Below, piece after piece: positions 12,346-25,089 of a stretch of 64,000 bases of DNA (positions are counted from its first letter, which is position 1; each line of letters opens with the position of its first letter). Origin of the DNA: Selaginella moellendorffii (lineage: Eukaryota; Plantae; Lycopodiophyta); NCBI RefSeq assembly GCF_000143415.4, contig NW_003314272.1, forward strand, positions 2,443,728 to 2,507,727, read 5' to 3'. The translations under genes were made by a program, and so were the position numbers. The notes beneath the pieces are model-generated. The model worked only from the letters and a program-made list of their open reading frames with translations, was not told where the DNA came from and ran no database searches.

Positions 12346-14034
12346 ATGGGCATTTGCGTCCACTGCTCACTACTCACGGCGCTTCCAGGTCCCGTGGATC
12401 GCGACAACTCGATCGCCCGCCAGGAGCACACCTCGGATGATCCGCAAGAACTGGAGCTCCCATCGCCTAGTTTCGATAACTACGCCTCCCTCCTCCGCCA
12501 CTGCTCCCTCTCCTACGGCAAGCGCGTCCACGCGTATATTGTCTCCTCGGGGCAGGACAAGAATGTCGTGCTCAACAATCTCGTCGTCCAGATGTACGGC
12601 CGCTGCGGCAGCGTGCGCGACGCCAAGACAGCCTTTGACTCCCTCCCCGTACGGAACGTCTTCTCGTGGACCATCCTCATCGCGGCATATGCCCAGAATG
12701 GGCATCTTTCCGAGGCGCTCGTTCTCTTCCGGCAAATGGACTGCGATGGGATGGGGCCCAACGAGATAACTTTGATCACCATCTTGGGAGTTCTTGCGTC
12801 GACGAGAAGCGTCCGCGAGGCCCGCTCGCTCCACGCGCGCATCCTCCACACGCGTTTCCACTCCCATTGCCAAGTCCTCACGGCCGTGATCCACGTCTAC
12901 GGTCGCTGCCGCTGCCCACAAGACGCGCGGCACGCCTTTGACGCCATGCCCCCCCGCAAGCGGAATGTGGTGGCCTGGAACACCATGGTGGCTGCGTATG
13001 CCCAGAACGGGCATACCGCTCAGGCGTTCGAGGTGTACCGCGTGATGAGCAGCGGGGATTCGCCGGTGCGTCCCAACTCCGTCACCTTCCTTAACATCCT
13101 GTCGGCGTGTGTCGCCCCCGCGGACCTCTCCTTGGGGCGATCCGTGCACGCCGGCATCCGCGGCTGGGAGACCGACGTCATGGTCGGCACCGCACTAGTG
13201 AGCATGTACGGCAGGTGCGGATGCGTTGACGCCGCCACCGCCGCCTTCCGTGCGATGCTCGTCCGCAACCTCGTCTCGTGGAACGCCGTCATCGCCGCAA
13301 ATGCCCAGAACGGGCACGGCGCGTCGGCGGTGCTGCTGTTCCGGGAGATGAGCCTCGAGGGTGTAAAGCCCAACAGCGTGACGCTCGCGAGCGCGCTAGA
13401 GGGCTGTGCGTTTGCGGGGGCGCTGCAGCAGGGGAGGACAATCCACACACTCATGGTAGGCGGCGCCGCCCCGTTGACCTCCGAGTCTGGGGTCGTGCTG
13501 TGGACCTCGCTCCTCAACATGTACGCGAAATGCGGCACAGTCAACGACGCCGAGGGCATTTTCCACAGCATGGCGTGTAGAAATATCATCACTTGGAATA
13601 CTCTTCTCGCGGCATATGCCCAGCGTGGGCATGTGTGCGAGGTGGTGGACACCTTTGCCCTCATGCAACAGGAGGGTATCGGCGCAAACCCTATCACCTT
13701 TGTCAATGTTCTCTACGCCTTCAGCCATGCGGGGCTGCTGGAGCCGGCGGTGAAGTGCTTTGGATCGATGCTTCCAGAGTATGGGATCCAACCGGACGTG
13801 GAGCACTTCGGATGCCTGGTCGATCTCATGGGCCGTGCGGGCTGGCTCAACGAGGCCGAGGACGTGATCAAGCTCATGCCTCTCAAGGACGACGCCGTGT
13901 GGCTCGCGCTTCTCAATGGCTGCAAGATGCACCACGATTCCCAGCGCGGGGCTCAAGCAGCGGGCAAGGTCTTCAACATGGAGCTCAAGGATTCGGCGCC
14001 GTACGTGCTGCTCTCCAGCATTCACTCAAGGTGA
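12346..14034 (+). CDS. PLS-class pentatricopeptide repeat protein ending in a truncated E domain (candidate organellar RNA-editing factor)
   Basis: Intronless ORF with repeated MYGRCG...A...F..M..RNVVSWN..IAAYAQNGH motifs, then HFGCLVDLMGRAGWL..AE and W.ALLNGCKMH. Ends at SAPYVLLSSIHSR with no DYW domain. Confidence 0.93.
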   Translation: MGICVHCSLLTALPGPVDRDNSIARQEHTSDDPQELELPSPSFDNYASLLRHCSLSYGKRVHAYIVSSGQDKNVVLNNLVVQMYGRCGSVRDAKTAFDSLPVRNVFSWTILIAAYAQNGHLSEALVLFRQMDCDGMGPNEITLITILGVLASTRSVREARSLHARILHTRFHSHCQVLTAVIHVYGRCRCPQDARHAFDAMPPRKRNVVAWNTMVAAYAQNGHTAQAFEVYRVMSSGDSPVRPNSVTFLNILSACVAPADLSLGRSVHAGIRGWETDVMVGTALVSMYGRCGCVDAATAAFRAMLVRNLVSWNAVIAANAQNGHGASAVLLFREMSLEGVKPNSVTLASALEGCAFAGALQQGRTIHTLMVGGAAPLTSESGVVLWTSLLNMYAKCGTVNDAEGIFHSMACRNIITWNTLLAAYAQRGHVCEVVDTFALMQQEGIGANPITFVNVLYAFSHAGLLEPAVKCFGSMLPEYGIQPDVEHFGCLVDLMGRAGWLNEAEDVIKLMPLKDDAVWLALLNGCKMHHDSQRGAQAAGKVFNMELKDSAPYVLLSSIHSR

Positions 14035-17000
14035 TCACTAGATCGCGTACTTTTCTGTACGGCAGGGATATTCCCCGGAATCGGAGCGTGATCTACGCTA
14101 CTCTACCGTATGATGCCCTCCGAGCTACGTACACATCACCTCATGATGGCGTTTAAAATGGCTGACTGATTTGACCGCGGGCCTCCGGAGGGGTCGCTCC
14201 CCGTCACAGTCACCGTCAGGGGTGGCTGTCGCCCTGGCCCGCGACAAGGTGACGTGGCACTGGAGAGCACTCCTTCTACCAACCGGCCGGTCAGTGCCAG
14301 CCAGGAATCTCAATTTCTTGCTTTCCCGGCACCGGTAACGTGGGAACGAACGATATTTATTGGCGTGCATTATTGGGTTGGAGGGGATGCATTTATGTAC
14401 CAACATGTGGATGCATGGATAGCATGTATGTGGGCATTTATTCGCGGCCATGCATGCCATGGGATTCCATGCCCATGGCCGACAAGAGCATATGCTTATG
14501 ACAATGGCCATGAATGTTATGGGTGCACGATATAATAGGTTAGAAGGCACTACCTTTTTACCTTTCTGCGTGTCTTGCGTACAAGTGTGTAATGGATTGG
14601 ATAGGCGGGAAGGTTAGAATGTGTTGCTGGCCAACCAAAGTACCTTACAAAGCTGCCATGCAGTGGGAAATGCCCCCTTAAAGAGCTCTGGGAAGGAATC
14701 GAGCGATTGATTGAATGTGGTGTTGAAAATTGGAAGAAAGAGGGAAGAAAAGACACCCATAGGAATCGCCCTCCCTACTACTACGACTACTACTATGTGA
14801 TCGAGAAAGACCTCTCACTCCTGTGGATAAGAAAGAACTAAAGTGTCTTGGTGATGCATCTTCTAGAGCTAACTTTTCGTTGATTCTTTAAGTCTTTGTC
14901 GAGGTGTTTTAGAACTCCCAGTGGAGTGGAGTGGCTCGTCTGAAACCTAAGAAATGGAGAAAAGACCGTCGCGAGCACGCAGGTACACACGTGCACTTTT
15001 GGGTGATTGGGTGAGTCTCGCGATTATTTTAGATTTTGGCATCCTCTGATTGGCGGCTGCGCTTTGCTGCCCGACATGATTCGGCAGCATCAATCATGTG
15101 ATTGTTCTCTGGATGGCTTTGTTTGCAGCCAAAAGCCTGATTAAAGTTTGAGTTAAGCGGGGCACCTCATATGATTCACATGACTTTGACCCCACACCAC
15201 CCGCAAGCTCCCAAGCTGACCAACGACAACAAGAAATGGAATTATGCAACAAATCCAAACAGAGAATCTAATGTTTCACTTTGGTGTTGGTGTGAGTGAG
15301 GGTTGCTTGCCCAAAATGCCCAGTCATAAAACTATGATAACGTGATTGCAATTGTTTTGAGTAGTCTAAGCTCGTTGTGCTCTGGGAGGTGTTGGAAAAG
15401 AAAAGGAAAGAAACTCTGGGGAAATGCATATGCTCCAAACTCCAAATGTCCCCATCTGGCATTACACGCCCACATTTCTCTACACTTTTGCTGTATCATT
15501 GGGCAAGTTGCGCGCGCATATTCGACCCCGGAGATACAAATCCAATAATTCATGACCCCATGATAAGGGGCCGGTCGCCGGCCAGTGGGGGACCGCCGGC
15601 CGGCAGCCGAATCACCGACATATCTCTCAGGCCGACAAGCCGGCCACAAACTTTCGTTTCCAAACTATCATGGCTTCACGTTATACATGTATGGGCTGAG
15701 CCTGAGAGCTCTACAGTTGATTGCCAGAACTTTAGCAAGGCTCTTTTGATTCGATCTGGAAGATTTTTTCCAAGTCTTGCTTGTGTCGACTGGTATGGTC
15801 ACCTGCGTACCAATTTGGCTCTGGTCACTGCTCCCGAAGGTTTATATCGCCTGGTTTGGATCGCTATGTTGGTCCAAAGAGATAAAAAAAGAGATATAAA
15901 CGTCAATTTGGAGGGATCCTCCCAATCAACCAGTCAGTGTACAAAGTGTTGTAGGCTGGTGACCACAACCAAAACCAAAGCTACTGGCTTCATGAGAAAA
16001 GAAATATATGTGTATTTTTTTTCAGTGGCGTGAGCTTGGCGTGGCGTGTACCAAAAGCGAGCGAGCAGCAAAAGCAATCGGGAAAACGATGAGGTTGTTG
16101 TGTGTAAGAGACTACTGCGTTCTGTGTGTATGTGTGCTCTTCCAACTACACATATTGAAAGCGTGGGCTCTACCATTGTGTGATCATAGAGCTTTTTTTT
16201 TCATCTGTCCATCCATCCACCATTCTTGAGGAAATGAGTGAAATGAATGAGTGACAAGGGACTGGAACAAACAAAGGGGCGGAATGTGTATGATTTCAAT
16301 CAATTTCCAGGGAATTTATAGCTAGCGAGCATCAGGCACCTTTCTCTTCTCCAACCAACACAGATCTATTATGGGATTGACAATGGGATCAGACCATTGA
16401 TTCATTCACTCCCTTGTAAATGCTGTAAAGGAAAAGGAAAGAGGCCCACACGAGACCCTCTAGCTCAGACAAGGATGGACAAGGTCTTTCTTGCTTGGAA
16501 AGCATCTATGGTTTAATCCCCTTTTGTTTCTCTCATTGGGCAAAGACAAATCTTAGCTTGACATGTTCCTCGTTTTCTAAGATGAGAAAAATGGAGATGA
16601 AGCTCCTCGTTTTTAACAATCGAAACTCGTGACCGACGTCAACTTTGAGCTTCAAATTTGAAGCAGTGGCCAAATGAAGGCTGGATAGGACTGACTGCCA
16701 CCTTGCGCAACATTTACCTTTGTTTAAAAGGTCGACGGAGAGATCGACGTGTAGGCGGGGCTTTTGAAGGCTGGGTGAAGTTTTCGAGTTGGAGATGAGT
16801 CCACACTCGCAGCCTAGAAGAGATCATACATCCACTCGCTTGCTCAGACAAAAACAAACGAAAGGCCTCACGGGCGTCCATCTGGTTGAATCTTTGGTAT
16901 TGCTGTTCCAACAGAAGAGGCCAAGAGGAAGAGAACAAAACCGGACGAATGAATTCATCCATCATCTCCAAGTGTTCCACCACCGCTTGATTGATTGATG

Positions 17001-17981
17001 ATATCATAACGACAAGTCCTATTTTACCTTGGAATGCAAGCAAAAGCAAAACGTTACCGGCAATGGCCAATGAGCACAGAATTTCCCTCCCATTTTCCGA
17101 ATGTTTGTTTCCACTTCTTCAGGGGTGGTGGACTCACCCATGGGGTCAAAAATAATTGCCGTGGGGTCCAACTAACCAACCAACAAACTACTAGCGAGCA
17201 GCAGCAAAGCAAAAGTTAAAAGGCAAAGCAAGAAAAAGGGGGACGTGTGAGTGAATGACCCCACTCTCCTGTTTTTTTTTTTTTTGTTTTTCCTATCCGC
17301 CCCCATTGTCAACAATCACTCCAAGTGATTGCATGTGTGTGGATGAAGCAAAAGGTGACGGTGAAAGAAATTCTCTATGATTCTTCCCTTCCGACGAGGA
17401 GACGAGATTTTTGGGTCGGTCGGACGGCCGGTTGGGTCGGGTCGGTCGGAACCAACACGCCAGCAGTAGAAGCGTGATTCTCTGATCGATGAGTTTCTTG
17501 CGACTCTGTGGGGACGCTTTGGTGGTGGTGCGGGGGTTGGAGCTGGGTCGGGTGGGACAATTCTTTCTCCCTTGCTGTGCACATTTACCGCAAGCAATGT
17601 CAGTTCTTGTCCCCGGAGGCAGCCACACGGAACAAGAACATTTCACCGCCACCGTAAAAACAGAGCGTGGGGGCTGCTGCTTCCAACCCGGACCAAAGGG
17701 TTAATAAGAAAAATGGGGTTAAAGTATGGTTGAAAAAGTTTCACCATACGTACGAATCATGTCCACATATGTTGCGTGTGCGTGGTTATTTTTCTAATGT
17801 ATTCTTGCTGCAATCACAAATCCGCCTCGAGTCAGCCCGCCACCGCACAGGCTCAAAGCAGCGGCATTTCTATATTCCCTCGTTTAATCATATGTGGTTT
17901 CTTCTTTCCTATGGTCTGGTTGGTTTGGTTGCGCTGCTTGATTGATTTGAATGAATAAAAATGGGATGGATATGCTCTTCC

Positions 17982-18390
17982 CAATGATTGTGTGTGCTCC
18001 CGGCCTGCCCCCCTCAAGGCCGACAACCTGACGTGGCCGCACCGTACGCTGCCACGCTCGACACGCCGGCTTGTCAGGGGACGGCCCACTCATCGCGGCC
18101 TCATCATTGGCTGCCGCGCGCCTGTCCTCCCATCATTCGCGCCCCCGCCGGCAGCTTCACGTGGACGCTGCCACCGGGGCCCACTCACATGGTCACGACT
18201 CCGTACGGTACGATTGTGCCATGTGGCCTGTAGCTACCGCGCGTTATCCTAACGGAACGTCGTTGGCTGGGCCTCCGTCCGTCAATGCCGTCAACGGCTA
18301 CTGGGCTGCTGACGTGGACAGCCGGGCGGGTGGCCACACTGTTTTGGCCAGGGGGAATGCCCGGTAATTTGGACGGCCTCTCTTTATAAA
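17982..18390 (+). promoter_or_regulatory. Proximal promoter of the HD-Zip II gene: HD-Zip II site, G-box/ACGT boxes, TATA
   Basis: CAATGATTG at 17982-17990, TGACGTGG at 18029 and 18310, CACGTG at 18158-18163, TATAAA at 18385-18390. Confidence 0.5.
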
Positions 18391-18629
18391 ACCAAACGGT
18401 CCAGGGTTTTTGACCCTACATATCGATCGAGAGAGCTTCCAGTGGGATCATCGCTAGCAGGCCACAGCGAGCTCTAGATTTCTCCGTTGAGAGATTTGAA
18501 AATTTCTTGTTTGGCTGTGAGGAGTGAAAGCACACGCACGCACGGCCTTCTTCGTGTTTTAGCGAGCTAGCACAAGAGATCAGGGAAAACGAAGAGGGGA
18601 GATCTTGTTCCTTCTCGTTCTTGCTTCCC

Positions 18630-20067
18630 ATGTTGTCGCTAGAGGTGGGCGGGAGGAGCAGCGGCGCCGCCATGTTTCGACGGGAGGAGAGCCACCACGA
18701 GCGCCTCCGAGCAATGTCGAGTAGTCTCACGCTGGGCCTCGACACTGCCACCAGCAGCTGCTTCGCGATGGCCAAGAATTCTTGCGCCGTGCGGAGGGAG
18801 GAGATCGAGATGGCGGTGGCCGCGCAGTATCACCATCACCAGCAGCAGCAGCAGCAAAGATCTTTTCCAGTGCAGCTGGACCTCTTGCCGAGAGCTCCAG
18901 CGGTGCCAGCGATGGCAGCGTCGAATCACAACACCGAATCGCCACCGCCCGTCTCTTGCGTGTCGCAGCTCACTCGGCAGTCGCTATTTGGAGGAGCGGC
19001 GAGCTCGGGGATCCACAATGGTGAGATTGACGATCCCAGTAATGGGTCTTGATGGGTTTCTCACCGATGATTCGTTTCTTTCTGTGTAGATTGCGAGGAA
19101 ATCGCTGCGCCTGAGACGCACTCGTCGAGCAGGGGGCCGTCGCCGGGGCCGCCGCGCGGCATCGACATGAATGAGATCCCTGCGGACGTGGAGGGAGGGG
19201 TATCGTCCCCGCGAAGCTGCAGCGTGTCGCCCGGCGGCAGCGCCGGCGCGTTCGCGTTCGACATTGCTCGCAAGGGCGGCGAGAGCAGCAGTGTCAACAT
19301 CAAGAGGGAGAGAGATCCGCGCCCCAGCGGCGACGGCGATGCTGGCGATCGTGCCAATTGCGAAGTCAGCTCTAGGGGGAGTGACGAGGAGGATGGAGCT
19401 CCGCGCAAGAAGCTCCGCCTATCCAAGGAGCAGTCGGCTCTCCTCGAGAAGAGTTTCAAAGAGCACAGCACTCTCAATCCGGTGAGTGGAGAGGGAAGAA
19501 CGTTTCATCTAGTTTCGATCTATGCGACTGACTGGATCTTTTTTCTTTCTTTCTCCGCAGAAGCAAAAGAACGCACTGGCCAAGCATCTCAATTTGAGGC
19601 CTCGCCAAGTAGAAGTCTGGTTCCAAAATCGTCGCGCAAGGTAGGAGAGGATCAAAGCTCACTTTTCTCGTTTCTATCGATGCTCATCTCGTTTCTCTTG
19701 TTCTTGCAGGACCAAGCTCAAGCAGACCGAGATCGACTGCGAGCTCCTCAAGCGCTGCTGCGAGACGCTGACCGAGGAGAACCGGCGGCTCCAAAAGGAG
19801 CTCCAGGAGCTCCGCGCCATCAAAGTCCCTCCTCCCTGCGTCATCTCCCAGGACTTTTACATGCCGCTCCCTGCAGCCACGCTTACAATGTGCCCATCCT
19901 GCGAGAGATTGGCGGCGGTGGACACCAGATCCGGCCACATCCCACCATCTTTCTCCAAATCCCACCACCCCCACCACCTTCAACAACAAGCAGCAGCAGG
20001 AGGAGCCATGGGCAGCGGCCATCACTTCGCGCCTCACTCCCAGCCCCCCGCCGCCTATCAGAGCTGA
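18630..20067 (+). CDS. Homeodomain-leucine zipper class II transcription factor (HAT/ATHB2-like)
   Basis: Exons 18630 (or 18672)-19020, 19090-19481, 19561-19640, 19711-20067. N-terminal EAR-like LTLGL, homeodomain [15 protein letters not shown]...[27 protein letters not shown], leucine zipper, and the class-II CPSCE motif. Confidence 0.95.
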
Positions 20068-20576
20068 TTCCGCGCGAGCGAAGCAAGCGAGATTGATCAT
20101 CCAAGATCATCCCGACCCAGCGGCAAAGTGGTGATAGATCCGAGGGCCGATCTCTGTTCTATGGCGACCCAAAAGTGGAAGGTTTCCAAAAGTTTCTTTC
20201 TGACTGGATATATTACCAACTTGCGCGCGTTCGATCATGATCACTCCACACACACACACTCACACTCACACTCGCACTCGCACCAGCAAGCAAGCAAGAA
20301 CAACTGTGAGTCATCGCTATCGTACTTTTGGGACGATTTTAAGCGAGCAAGCAAAGCTGGGCTTGGCTTGTCTCTCGCCTGGCCTTTGGCAAAGTCAAAA
20401 GCAAAGGCTGGAAAAATTTGGACAGTCAGTTGAGTGGATGGGTCAGTCATCAGTCAGCAAGCAGCGAGTCAGGCTCAGAGAAATCATTCACACACACAAA
20501 TTTTCTTCTTCCACACACAGCAAGAAATACATATGTACTTACACCCAAGCACAAAAAAAACTTTCACACACACACA

Positions 20577-20579
<3 letters not shown>

Positions 20580-20646
<67 letters not shown>
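20580..20646. repeat. (CT)n/(GA)n microsatellite, ~33 units
   Basis: Perfect tc run, with CA-rich runs nearby. Confidence 0.97.
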
Positions 20647-20648
<2 letters not shown>

Positions 20649-22086
20649 GCCAGCCACAGTTTGAATGGGGCCAAGCCCAGCAAAGGAAGGAAGTCGTGCG
20701 CGACCCGTGAGGTGTGCCGAGATTCAACAACACCAATGTGGTGTGTGTTTGTAAAGCTTGTTTCTACATGCGGTACAAGAAATTCCGCGGTACTTAGGAC
20801 AGTGGCATCTATCTTGCTTGTGGACTGTTGCTGCTGTTTTGCTGCTCTTGCGCTCTTGCGCTCGCTCGTGTAAATTATTCGCAGGAATTCGCTCACTCGA
20901 GACTTGTGAGTAGCAATGAGGATGAAGATAGACAAGTTGATCAAATCAAGTTTAAGTTTGAATGGGGGCATGCATGGGGATGCATGGGCCATGCATGAGT
21001 CATGCACGAATCATGATGAGTGGGCCGTGTGTGTGTGTGATGCAATCGCCATGAATGATGATGATTTTGAATGAGCTTTTCCTTTTTTATCCATTCTTAC
21101 TGCGTGGCGCTGGATCTCGTGTTTACAAAAGTGATTTAATGCGTGACCAGGGCGGGCATACCTGACTGCTACTACTACTCTACTAAAGTAAGCCCGCGTG
21201 AGAGTTTGTGTACTGCTCTAGGTAGACTGGACGTGTTCATAGCCATCGGCTGCTTGGATTGGAGTTTTGACTAATTAGCGGTGAAGCGTAGAAGACTGAG
21301 AATTCAACGGACCGAGATCGAGAGGAATTTTTGGTTTTCACGATGGTCATGAGAATTTAGTTGTTGCGGGAGGAGATTTAGTTTGAGGAGAGACCTTGAT
21401 GGATCGAGGACATTTCTATTTTTACTTGGTATTGGAGATTTTCGCGATTGATTTAGGCGTGGAGATTTGGTTCGAGATCGATCTTGGAAATTTTTGGTTT
21501 GAGATTTCACAATGGTCATGAGATTTTACTTTACTATTGGTATGATTTTCGCGATTGATTGATTGTTGGCCAGCAGAGGCGATTTAGTTTGAGGAAAGAA
21601 GGCTTTGAATCTTCCACATGCTCCATAATGGGATCCAACCGCCCAACGGTACGGACTGGTGCTGACTCACGTGGTCCCCGCGGAATACCCGCCGGTGATT
21701 GGGCCGAATGGAGCCACGTGGCGGACACGTTGCGCCCCTCGGCGGTCAATCATACATTGGCACTGGCGGTATGATGGTTGCCTCGCGTTTTCTCCTGCCT
21801 GCGCTGCGCCCTCTCTCTCATGGTTGTCATCATGGTGGCGACGATGGTCATGATGGTGTTGATGATGATCATGCATGTGGCGTGAGGGGAGTCGTGCGAC
21901 ATGATGTCCGCGCGTGCCTGCCTTCCAGGGTGCACAGGCGCCACCTCACCTTGTCGGCTATAGGTTGATTGGCATTGTCGGCTATGTGTGCATGATGCAT
22001 CATGATGCCTGGGACTAACTAGGGCGGAGGAGGTTGCGGGTTCGACTCCGGTTCTGATATTGTTAAGGGGTTTTAGGGTTCTTCCG

Positions 22087-25029
22087 ATGGAGGAGGACGC
22101 AGAGGAGAAGGTCGTGCTAGAGTACCTGCGGCGCAAGAAGTACCGCGTCGCCGAGATTGCGCTGCTCCAGGAGCAGCAGAAGCAGAACAGCGATACGTCT
22201 GGCGCCATCAGCCACATTATCAACCATTCCAGGTAGTCTCTTCTCTAGCGTGTAGGGTTTTGATCAGCATTGCGTGCTAAATTCTTAGAGCTGACAATGA
22301 GGCTGGGCGGTACAAGGAGAGTTATAGTAAGCTCCGAAACTGGGTTCACTCGTCTCTGGATCTCTACAAGGTTCTTATTGCAGCTCTTGCTTGTTTTCAA
22401 GGTTTTGTGAATTTTTCTCTGTGGTAGACTGAGCTACTTCGTATACTCTATCCGGTGTTTGTGCACTGTTACATGGAATTGGTGGCGAAAGGTTTCGCGC
22501 AAGAAGGTACGCTTTTCCATTTGGCATGGTTGTTTTCCCGCTGAGGGGAAAGTTACAGCACGAGAATTCTTCCAAAGTTTTCGGGATGACCATCAACCGC
22601 AACATATAAGAGATCTTCAGAAACTAGAGGGAGTGATTACTCCCCAGCACCTCCAGGTAGCTTTCCTTTTAAGGGTCGAGCTTGGAGTCTCAAGGTTCTG
22701 GTTTATTCGTAGGAAAACGAGACTGCATGCACGCTTCAAGAGAACAAAGTACACGTCAAGATGTGCCAGGTAGAAATTTCGTGCTGCAACTGGAATGCTC
22801 AGAATCCCGTTTGAAATGCAGTATTCTTTCGAGTTACTTTTGCAATATCTCCAGAGCACGGAATCAATGTTAATGCTTGGGATCGTCAATTCACATATCA
22901 ACTTGAAAGGTCGTCTCTAGTTTGTCGGTTGCATTGGAGTAACTCTTTCAGGTTGTTGAAAGCAGTCCTTCCTGGGCAACCAGCAGCTTTACTGGACGAT
23001 GATGAATCTAGCTCTCTTCCTGCAAAGGTCCAGGCAGTGGTTGAAGCGACAAATCAAAAGGAGATTCACTGGGGGGTGGGTAAATTTCCTTTTTAGTTCG
23101 GCTGGACCTTCATTTTCTTTATGCAGATTCTTGAAGGATCCTTGGAAGATAAGTTTGAGAAGCAAATAGCGGCAGAGCTGGAGAAGGCTGACGCGGATAA
23201 AGATGCGGAAACAGACGAAGCTAAAGTGCGCGATTTCCTTGTTTTTCCTTTGTGATATCCATCTTCTTACGAGATTGATTCTTAGAAACGAGCTGCCGAC
23301 GGGAAAGTAAAGAAAGTGAAAAGGGACAAAGCAGGTAAAGGATTAAAGGCCGAACCGGCTGCCAGATCTGTCCCCCGATTGAAGCCGGAGTTGACGATGC
23401 CACTGCTGTAAGCTTTTCAATTCTGCAACACGAGGAATTTGAACTGGCTTCTCTGCAGGACTGACGACTTTGAACGGCAAGCTCTGGATGACCTGCGTAA
23501 TAGAGTCAAGCTCGGAAGCACTGCGTTGCCATCAGTGAGCTGTTACACATTTGTGAACACAAACAACAGGTTTGGATGCATGATGAGTTTTGAGAGTGAT
23601 TTGGTGAACTTGGAGCCACTGGCAGCCTGAACTGTGCTTCAATATCAGCAGACGGTGCTTATCTGGCTGGAGGATTCTCTGATTCGGCAATTAAGGTACG
23701 TCTATAATTGTTATTCGTTGCGTGTATTGACTTTAGAAACTTCTTATAGCTCTGGGACATGGTAAAGATGGGCGAGCCTTCAATGTATTCGGATGCTGGT
23801 AAGCAGTCTCTAAATAAAAGACCAACACCAATTCGTCAGTTTTGTAGGCAAGGGCCAGTTTGAGGGTCGCAGTTCGAGCTACATACGATTGGTTGGACAT
23901 GCTGGCCCAGTATATGGTGTGGACTTTAGCCCTGAGGGTGATTCACTGCTATCAGCATCAGGAGATTGTACAAGTGAGTTATCTTGGTCTTTGCAGGAGC
24001 TTGCTAAACGTTTTGCTATCTGTCTTGAAGTACGCCTTTGGAGCACCAGGCTGAATGCCAACTTAGCTTGCTACAAAGGACATAACTATCCCGTCTGGGA
24101 TGTTCAGGTATGACAGGCTTTTGGCCTTATAGTCGGTCTGATCTCCGGCTACTCTTGCAGTATAGTCCAGTGGGACATTATTTCGCGAGCGCGTCTTACG
24201 ACCGGACTGCAAGAGTGTGGTCCATGGATAGATTGCAACCGCTGAGGATAATGGCTGGCCATCTCTCAGACGTGGATGTAAGTTCTACCTTTCCGCTTAT
24301 GTCGTTTCTCTCCTTCGCATAAACTTGAGCGAGTTGCTGCATGCGTTTGCAGTGCGTGCAGTGGCATGTCAATTGCAATTATATTGCTACAGGCTCAAGC
24401 GACAAGACTGTCAGGCTGTGGGACGTACAAACTGGAGAGTGTGTACGCATTTTCACAGGCCACAGGTCGATGATCGTGTCGATTGCCATGTCCCCTGATG
24501 GACTGTTCATGGCATCGGGTGACGAGGATGGGGCCATTATGATGTGGGATTTGGCATCCAGCCGCTGCGTGACTCCTCTGCTGGGTCACACCGGCTGCGT
24601 TTGGAGCCTCGCTTTCAGGTAGCAAGAGCCTCTGGAGAAAAACGCTTGATTTTTTTCTTGATTTTTTTTCCTCCAGTGGCGAAGGGTCCATTCTGGCTTC
24701 TGGTTCCGCTGATAACACTGTCAGACTGTGGGATGTGAACGGGAGCTCTAAAGTCACTGCAGACAAGTGAGTATTTTAATCATCTTCTTTTAAAGCGCTG
24801 AGAGCTCTGTGTTTGTTTTTCTTATTCTCTGTTTGTGCAGAACAAGGAGATTGCGATTGTTGAAGACACTGCCAACCAAATCGACTCCAATCTACACACT
24901 AAGAGTGAGTAACAAGACGCTTTTTCTTTGTAGTTACACGCTTATTTACACCGTTATTTTCCACTGTAGTTTTCTAGGAGGAACTTGCTGTTCGTCGCTG
25001 GCGCCTTTAGTCCCAGCAAAGGCCACTAA
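22087..25029 (+). CDS. TAF5: TFIID subunit 5 (LisH, NTD2, WD40), multi-exon
   Basis: MEEDAEEKVVLEYLRRKKY (LisH), Y..LRNWVHSSLDLYK.EL...LYPVFVHCYMELV (NTD2), LPSVSCYTFVN, GHAGPVYGVDFSP, CYKGHNYPVWDV, PLRIMAGHLSDVD, and the C-terminal LPTKSTP...FSRRNLL. Stop at 25027-25029. Confidence 0.95.
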
Positions 25030-25089
25030 GTTACCTTCTCCTGGTGGAAACCATCTTGGAAAAGGATAACGCTGAAGGAAGCGAGAACC

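Noticed and set aside
12370-14156. Long antisense and alternative-frame ORFs over the PPR gene
   Set aside because: Expected shadows of a GC-rich coding strand with few stop codons; no motifs.
14050-18600. Search for conserved miRNA (miR156/160/166/171/319/396/408), tRNA or rRNA sequences
   Set aside because: None recognised by eye. A lineage-specific miRNA cannot be excluded without folding and small-RNA data.
19167-20096. 309-aa ORF taken as a single-exon protein
   Set aside because: It reads through two introns and leaves the homeodomain frame. The spliced model restores WFQNRR and CPSCE.
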